IMG/VR virus record: IMGVR_UViG_3300025529_000005
Direction: 5' to 3' (one strand)
Source: an uncultured virus (IMG/VR IMGVR_UViG_3300025529_000005)
Lineage: Duplodnaviria > Heunggongvirae > Uroviricota > Caudoviricetes
Length of the DNA stretch: 30,091 nucleotides
Position numbers and translations under genes: made by a program. Shown in pieces: positions 24,705 through 30,091 of the stretch; position 1 is the stretch's first letter; every line of letters starts with the position of its first letter. The notes under the pieces are model-generated. The model was not told the origin of the DNA, made no database searches, and saw only the letters and a list, made by a program, of their open reading frames with translations.

Positions 24705-25955
24705 CTACACCACCATCGCCTTATCAACTTCACGCGCCCGATCACGGCGCAGCTGCGGATATGCTTCGAGCAACTCTTCCATACGCATGTTCCATTCGCT
24801 GACCTTACGCTTGTATCGTTCAACGTTCTGCTCGTCCAGCGAGCCGGCGGCGAGGCGTTTGTATTTGCGGATGTTGCGCTCAATATAGCGTTGATATTGT
24901 TCCGCTTTATATAGCTTTACAGCTGCTTCGTCATCCACAGGGTCCGGCAACCGGCTGATCCCCGGGAAGTACGTGGACAACGAGTGCCGGCAGTTCGGAT
25001 GAAACGCTCCTTCCTTCATGGCTTCTGACAACCGGACCAACTTCATCTCCTTGGCCAGCTGCTCAGCCTGCTCCGGAGTGATCGACGTATACACATCATC
25101 GATCATCACCGTGCCCTGATACGGCAAACACCAAGGCGAGCAGTTAGCGTGAGCGCTCATCACCACGGTATAGACGCCCCACTCATCGCGCTTCTTTCCT
25201 TCGCCAAGAAACGTTGCTCGCTGACTTGCAGTCCGCAGCGCCATCTCAGCCCAGGATGCGATGTTGACCTTGCGTCCATCTCCGTAGGTGATCGTATCGA
25301 TGCCGCGTGCCAAAAAATCACGCGTTGCCATATCAACCGCCTGATCCAGTGCCTTAGCTCCGGCTGCCATATTGACCTCCGCCTTATAGATGACCTGGCG
25401 ATAAACGTCATCCATCTTTCGCAGCACGCCTTGCTCAGCTTGTCTGAGATCGTTTTTCACAGACTCTTGCAAAGCTTCAAGCTTCTTTTCGTTCGTGCCG
25501 AAAAACTGAGTTTCCGAAGCGGCTCGCGGAAGATCTTCGTGCGGCACTTTGTCAGGCTGATAATCCGGAATCCTTAACCTCGGCTTTTCGTCTATCGGAA
25601 ACCGGATTTCTCCTGACACCTCATATGCAGCTCGTCGCTCCATCCCAAACAACCTTTTCATCTCGTTCTCGACGACGCGCTCTCCCTCGGCAAAGCTTTC
25701 TTGTAGGAGGTCCTCTGTCAGCTTTTCCGCCTCGCGAAACACACGTCTTACAATCCGACTGTTTGCCTTCCGGTAACTGGCCAGACTTCGCAGCTTGACC
25801 AGCTGCCAGCGATCCCAGCGGAACCCCTCTTTGATCTCTTCCTGTTTATGCCGCTTAAAGTTGCGTTTGAGTGACGCTATCAGATCCAGCGCCATCGCCT
25901 CAAAGATCGCCACGATATCATACGGATCTCGTTTCCGCTTCTTGTCCTCAGCCAT
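24705..25955 (-). CDS. Minor capsid protein (Phage_min_cap2 type)
   Basis: AEMALRTA..SAH..CSPWCLPYQG..FHPNCRH..QRYIERNIRKYKR. Confidence 0.9.
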   Translation of the reverse strand: MAEDKKRKRDPYDIVAIFEAMALDLIASLKRNFKRHKQEEIKEGFRWDRWQLVKLRSLASYRKANSRIVRRVFREAEKLTEDLLQESFAEGERVVENEMKRLFGMERRAAYEVSGEIRFPIDEKPRLRIPDYQPDKVPHEDLPRAASETQFFGTNEKKLEALQESVKNDLRQAEQGVLRKMDDVYRQVIYKAEVNMAAGAKALDQAVDMATRDFLARGIDTITYGDGRKVNIASWAEMALRTASQRATFLGEGKKRDEWGVYTVVMSAHANCSPWCLPYQGTVMIDDVYTSITPEQAEQLAKEMKLVRLSEAMKEGAFHPNCRHSLSTYFPGISRLPDPVDDEAAVKLYKAEQYQRYIERNIRKYKRLAAGSLDEQNVERYKRKVSEWNMRMEELLEAYPQLRRDRAREVDKAMVV

Positions 25956-27499
25956 CAGTCGTCACCCTCTGGCAGATCTACATCCTGTTGAGGATCGCCC
26001 TGCTGGACATCCTGATTAATTGCAGGCTCATCTAGCTCGATGTATCCCAGTTCCTTTTTCAAGCGGTTAATCTCTTCCTTCTTCTCCTCATCCGTCCACG
26101 TATCGCCATATAGTTCTTCCACGGCTTGCTCAATAGACATGATTCCAAACGAACGGGCTTTCCCGACAATCTCAACGATCGTGCCAAAATCCGGGCTCGC
26201 ATACTCGCCAAATTTGACGCTGGCTTCGTATTCGCCCGGGACGCGCTTCTGCATCGTGTCCTGGACTTTCAGCGCGACGTCGACCAGGCGCGGGATGACC
26301 TCATTCAGCGCATCAATGATCTTGCCGCGCGTGTAGAGCGTCGTCTTTTCCTTCTCGCGCTGCGCCTCGGCGTTGTCGGTCTTTTTCAGATCAATGCCGA
26401 GCGTCGCCGGGCTGATGATCCCCTGCAGGCACATGTCCAGAGCGTTTGCATACGACTCGACAAACGCTTCGTACAGTATTTGCGGTTGAACTGTAGTGAT
26501 CTGCCCCTTCGCATCCTCGGCCATCACGGCGCCGACCTTGATGAACTGGTTGTCGAACGGGTTCGGGCGCAGGGTCGCACCGGTGCGCGGGTCGCGCGGG
26601 ATCAGATCCTCCGGGATGTACTTTTGCACGCGCCCCGCGCGAATGGCGTCGATCCACTGGCTGATGACCTCGTCCAGCGCGTCGAAACTGTCAGCCTTCG
26701 CCTCGAAAATGGACTTCCCCCGGCCGGGCCACTTCGGACTCTTAAAAAACCGCATCGGCACGGCCATCAGGAAGTCGCCGGCATATATCACCTCGGGCAC
26801 CAGCTTCGCCGTTTCCGGTACCGTCCCGAGCGGCACCTCTCGGCCTTGATCATCGAACAGGCGCGTCCGGATGTAGCCGCGGCCGTATGTTTCCTCCAGC
26901 CGGTACGTCTTGTCGCGGTGCGTATATTCCGACAGGAAGACGATCTCCTGCAACCGGTCGCGTACCGTCCTATATTCCACCCGCTCGCCGCCATAGAACT
27001 CAATGATCGGATACTCGGATACATCCGGATCGACGACCAGTTTGAACGCCCCATCCCCGGCCACAAGCGTCTCCGCGATGCTCTCGCCCAGCAGTTCGGG
27101 GAACTTGTTGTCCTCGCTGATTTCATCCCATCGCTTCAACAGCATCTCGGTCTCCAACTCGATGCCGTCGAAGTCCACCGTCACAATATCCGTGATGCGG
27201 TCGACTATCATCGCCGGGAGACCGCTGTGAATCTTCCGGATCTGGAGGTCGGCAGACGGAACGGCCGCCCAGAAGCGCGACGCAGCCACGCTGTCGTTGG
27301 TTGCGCTGGAGAGCTGCTTATAAAACTGGTCCAGCTCCGACGGATCACCGCGATACCAAAGCCGGTTCCGCAGCACGTTGGACTCATAGCTCAGAGGCTC
27401 CTGAATAATAATTGACTGCTGAGCTGGTGCTGGATTAATCCGTAATAGTCTCATGACCGCGTTTCTCACCCCATCCCCTAAAGAACTCCAAAAACTCAC
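25955..27499 (-). CDS. Portal protein (A118/SPP1-like)
   Basis: Follows TerL; LDEVISQWIDAIRAGR..GIISPATLGID..AEAQREKEKTTLYTR; GTG 27499 with RBS GGGAGGTG. Confidence 0.9.
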   Translation of the reverse strand: MSFWSSLGDGVRNAVMRLLRINPAPAQQSIIIQEPLSYESNVLRNRLWYRGDPSELDQFYKQLSSATNDSVAASRFWAAVPSADLQIRKIHSGLPAMIVDRITDIVTVDFDGIELETEMLLKRWDEISEDNKFPELLGESIAETLVAGDGAFKLVVDPDVSEYPIIEFYGGERVEYRTVRDRLQEIVFLSEYTHRDKTYRLEETYGRGYIRTRLFDDQGREVPLGTVPETAKLVPEVIYAGDFLMAVPMRFFKSPKWPGRGKSIFEAKADSFDALDEVISQWIDAIRAGRVQKYIPEDLIPRDPRTGATLRPNPFDNQFIKVGAVMAEDAKGQITTVQPQILYEAFVESYANALDMCLQGIISPATLGIDLKKTDNAEAQREKEKTTLYTRGKIIDALNEVIPRLVDVALKVQDTMQKRVPGEYEASVKFGEYASPDFGTIVEIVGKARSFGIMSIEQAVEELYGDTWTDEEKKEEINRLKKELGYIELDEPAINQDVQQGDPQQDVDLPEGDD

Positions 27500-27512
27500 T
27501 GTCTCACCTCCC

Positions 27513-28913
27513 TTACCCGCCATGGATCAGGTACATTGTTTCAGCAACACCCGTTGTCGCGTCCGGCGCGTCATCATGTGCGTTTTTACCCTCTCGCTGA
27601 TAGGTTGTCATTGCCTTGTAATATTCCGGCCACCGATCGCGCCAGTTGACCGGGAAATAGATATGGTTCATGACCCATGTCGAATTTGCGAGAATCCGGG
27701 CGATTTTGTTCTTACTCTGGTGGAACCAACTGATGTCTGTGCGGTTGCTCTGCATCTCAACCTCCAGTATCCTCCGCACGTTGCGGGCAAATGCTCGGCC
27801 ACCGCTGTTGGACTCAAACCTCGCGCGATTAACCGCGTGCTTGTACAATGCTTTGGCAACAGCTGGCTCCGTTTCCTCCATCGGCGCCTTGGTGTATATG
27901 ACATCTAGGACGTACGCCTCTTTGTTGTACGCGCCCCAGATGATGTTGCACAGGTAATCGTCGCCCTGGTCGGCGCTGTCGCAGTATGAGTAAATACCAG
28001 TAAACAGTGGATGACCATTTGCGTCTGTCGGGATCCGCTCGTATGTCTTAAACGAGCTGTACAGCTTACCCTTGATGTCGATCGGGATTTGCTGGTAGTT
28101 CGCGCTGGCGATATCCTCGCCCATGGCCCTGACGCGCATGTCGTACGATTCGCGGGATAGGATATCCTCGCAAAGCATCGTGCCGTCATCCTGTAGCGCC
28201 TTCATGGTCAGATGGCGGACTCGCTTTTTCTCTTCGGCAAAGTGTTCGAGCGCTCGACCGGCTAAATCCCCTGTTGCCCAGCGCGTCATGATAATGATGA
28301 TCTTGCCGCCTTCCTCCAGGCGGGATAGCATGGTGTTCGTAAACCACTCCCAATGCTTTTCCAGCGTTGTCTCGTTATGCGCCTCCTCGGCGTTCTTGAT
28401 TAGGTCGTCGATGATCAGCAGCGTCGCGCCGAAGCCGGTAGCCGTGCCCGTGGGCGACGTCGCTAGATAACTATTGTGCGCACCTTCCAGACTCCATAGG
28501 TTCATGGCTCCGTCGCCCTTTTTAATGCGCACCTGCGGAAACACGTCACCATACACAATGACATTAGGGTCAGCTTTGGCGGTGCTGATTCCGTTTCGCA
28601 CGGCCTTTGAAAACGTGTTGGACAACGTCTCGTTGTAGGATCCCGTCATGACTTTCTCGTGGATGTTCTGGCCGAATACCCACTGAGCAAACAGAGTCGC
28701 CGTCCTGGACTTACCATGTCGCGGCGGCAGGTTGATGATCATCACATCATCGTCGGACTCATAGAAGTCCTGCATTTCGTTGCATAGATCAACCAGGTAC
28801 TTCCGGTCGTCCCTGTAGAAGTCCGGTGCCATCGCTTGGCAGAAATAAAAAAACTCGCGCCTTGCGAGTTCGATGCGTGCATAGAGTCTGATGGTGTCCA
28901 TGTCAACCGTCAT
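27513..28913 (-). CDS. terL: Terminase large subunit
   Basis: Walker A PPRHGKS, Walker B LLIIDD, MTRW, nuclease HDDAPDA. Confidence 0.97.
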   Translation of the reverse strand: MTVDMDTIRLYARIELARREFFYFCQAMAPDFYRDDRKYLVDLCNEMQDFYESDDDVMIINLPPRHGKSRTATLFAQWVFGQNIHEKVMTGSYNETLSNTFSKAVRNGISTAKADPNVIVYGDVFPQVRIKKGDGAMNLWSLEGAHNSYLATSPTGTATGFGATLLIIDDLIKNAEEAHNETTLEKHWEWFTNTMLSRLEEGGKIIIIMTRWATGDLAGRALEHFAEEKKRVRHLTMKALQDDGTMLCEDILSRESYDMRVRAMGEDIASANYQQIPIDIKGKLYSSFKTYERIPTDANGHPLFTGIYSYCDSADQGDDYLCNIIWGAYNKEAYVLDVIYTKAPMEETEPAVAKALYKHAVNRARFESNSGGRAFARNVRRILEVEMQSNRTDISWFHQSKNKIARILANSTWVMNHIYFPVNWRDRWPEYYKAMTTYQREGKNAHDDAPDATTGVAETMYLIHGG

Positions 28914-29391
28914 CCTGAATCAGCTTCCTCAGCTCTTCGGTTGTCAAACCCTGCAGCGGATTATTAACCTCCATGCTGCCAGAGTGGTTGATGTCCCACT
29001 TATCACGCCACTTATCCGGACGACGGTTTTTGAGCCAGAAGATCTGTGCCGTCACATCCGGCTGCACCTCTTTCGTCACTACTTTCGTGACGGTCAGAAC
29101 CTGATCGCCGGTATCTGGATCAACCGCAGCTTCACGCGTCACCTCTTCGTAGGTGTATCCGATCGCGCGTTTGAACAGCGCGTTCTCAACCTCAACATCG
29201 GCAACCTCCTTGCCCCTTTTTAGGGCTGCCGCAAGTGCCGGATGCTGCTTCACGTACTCGCGAAATGTCGAATAGGCTACACCAAGCTTCTTGGCAATAT
29301 CAGCGTCAATGTAGCCATCTCTTGCCCAAGCCTCCACAAGCAGGAGCTTGGGCTCAACATGCGTATGATATTTGCTTCTGGCTCCTGCCAT
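28903..29391 (-). CDS. terS: Terminase small subunit
   Basis: HTH (IAKKLGVAYSTF), VENALFKRAIGY, PDVTAQIFWLKNRRPDKWRD; ATG 29391 with RBS AAAGGAG. Confidence 0.92.
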   Translation of the reverse strand: MAGARSKYHTHVEPKLLLVEAWARDGYIDADIAKKLGVAYSTFREYVKQHPALAAALKRGKEVADVEVENALFKRAIGYTYEEVTREAAVDPDTGDQVLTVTKVVTKEVQPDVTAQIFWLKNRRPDKWRDKWDINHSGSMEVNNPLQGLTTEELRKLIQDDG

Positions 29392-29414
29392 GCGATCAGC
29401 TCCTTTCGCAAATG

Positions 29415-29435
29415 AAAAAGCACCTATCAAGGCGC
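29415..29435 (-). terminator. Terminator-like hairpin just upstream of terS
   Basis: GCGCCT-tgat-AGGTGC-TTTTT. Confidence 0.5.
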
Positions 29436-29436
29436 A

Positions 29437-29466
29437 AAAGGATAAACGTTCCAACGTATCGAATTC
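29437..29466 (+). promoter_or_regulatory. SigH-like promoter for the KTSC gene
   Basis: AAAGGATAA-12 nt-ATCGAATT versus B. subtilis SigH consensus RNAGGAWWW-11/12-RNNGAATWW. Confidence 0.6.
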
Positions 29467-29487
29467 ACTCGTAAGGAGGTGAATTAT

Positions 29488-29697
29488 GTGAACTGGATTC
29501 CGGTCAGCTCGTCGAACCTTTCGGCGGTCGCCTACGATGATTCAACTCACACGTTATACATCGAATTCCACAGCTCTGGAGTATACGCCTATTTCGACGT
29601 TCCACCGTCCGTGTTTCGGGGACTCCTAACCGCCCCTTCACACGGTAGCTATCATGCGGCACATATTAAGCACAATTACAGATATAGCAAGCTTTAA
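29488..29697 (+). CDS. KTSC-domain protein (moron, antisense to late operon)
   Basis: PVSSSNLSAVAYD..TLYIEF..GVYAYFDVP..F.GLL.APSHGSY..HIK..Y; RBS AAGGAGGT, GTG 29488. Confidence 0.9.
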   Translation: MNWIPVSSSNLSAVAYDDSTHTLYIEFHSSGVYAYFDVPPSVFRGLLTAPSHGSYHAAHIKHNYRYSKL

Positions 29698-29867
29698 TCT
29701 TGATTGATGAGGATGATTGCTGGCCCTTGGATTGTCCGTTCCTCTCGACCAGTAATGATCCTCATTTCTTCGTACGGCAACAACTCAATCCTTGAAACAC
29801 CTTCACGTGCAGACAGTTCATCTGAAAGTTCTTTCGTTGAAACAACAGATATTGCGCGTTTAGTCAT
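29694..29867 (-). CDS. BC1881-like small phage protein
   Basis: STKELSDELSAREGV..PYE..GPAIILINQD. Confidence 0.7.
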   Translation of the reverse strand: MTKRAISVVSTKELSDELSAREGVSRIELLPYEEMRIITGREERTIQGPAIILINQD

Positions 29868-29922
29868 CTTAATCAACCCCTATGCACCATTTTTGACAGG
29901 CTCCCTGGATATATACCCCGGA

Positions 29923-29983
29923 CACCGCGCCGCACCTATCCGGCTCGGCAGGAGGAGGTCGATGCACACCTTGCGACGCGGTG
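29923..29983 (-). ncRNA. Structured RNA element in the late leader (12-bp closing stem with two inner hairpins)
   Basis: CACCGCGTCGCA...TGCGGCGCGGTG encloses AGGT..ACCT and CCT.CCG..CGG..AGG. Confidence 0.45.
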
Positions 29984-29991
29984 GACGAAGT

Positions 29992-30022
29992 AAAGAAAAA
30001 GCCGCCCGATCGCTCGGACGAC
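29992..30022 (-). terminator. Terminator just downstream of the late promoter
   Basis: GTCGTCCGA-gcga-TCGGGCGGC-TTTTTCTTT. Confidence 0.7.
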
Positions 30023-30045
30023 TCTATATACAACTCTCACACACT

Positions 30046-30091
30046 ATCATAATAATCGATTTTATGACGCCAAAAGTGCAATTAAAGTGCA
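30046..30091 (-). promoter_or_regulatory. Late promoter, probably dependent on an ArpU/RinA-type activator
   Basis: -10 TATGAT (30051-30046), no -35 consensus; direct repeats TGCACTTT at 30091-30084 and 30080-30073 (11-bp period). Confidence 0.6.

Larger units (their letters stand above)
1..30091. mobile_element. Temperate siphovirus-like phage genome (partial), apparently non-integrated form
   Basis: Replication, lysogeny, lysis, tail, head and packaging modules are contiguous; integrase and lysin are joined across an attP-like site with no host genes between them. Confidence 0.95.

Noticed and set aside
26126..27415. 429-aa plus-strand ORF
   Set aside because: Antisense shadow of the portal gene
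28903..29391. Transposase (such HTH proteins are often mislabelled)
   Set aside because: No DDE domain or terminal repeats; position and motifs fit the terminase small subunit
29923..29983. tRNA gene
   Set aside because: No T-loop GTTC, D-loop or cloverleaf geometry
29949..30091. Plus-strand AGGAGGAGG + ATG (29962) ORF running off the window
   Set aside because: Crosses a terminator and promoter of the opposite strand and gives an implausible peptide; the purine run is the complement of the RNA element's CCUCC

Overview
The whole window is one temperate siphovirus-type phage genome of a spore-forming Bacillota host (Paenibacillaceae-like by gene content; inference), with no host genes. On the minus strand, 1-6829 is the early/replication operon: primase-polymerase (runs off the left edge), SSB-like protein, SNF2 helicase, a run of micro-ORFs, BRO antirepressor and Cro. 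On the plus strand follow a LexA-type CI repressor and a large serine integrase, then an intact ~50-bp attP-like inverted repeat (8969-9018). An intact attP implies the excised, circular or virion form rather than an integrated prophage. An accessory island (9064-11780) holds a DUF4352 lipoprotein with repeated RNA hairpins and an autoregulated-looking three-gene operon resembling an anti-CRISPR/anti-defence locus. The late operon (minus strand, 11790-30091) has A118-like head and tail genes, holin and amidase, with structured leaders, several internal terminators, a candidate +1 frameshift and morons. All family assignments come from motif recognition by eye; no database searches were run.
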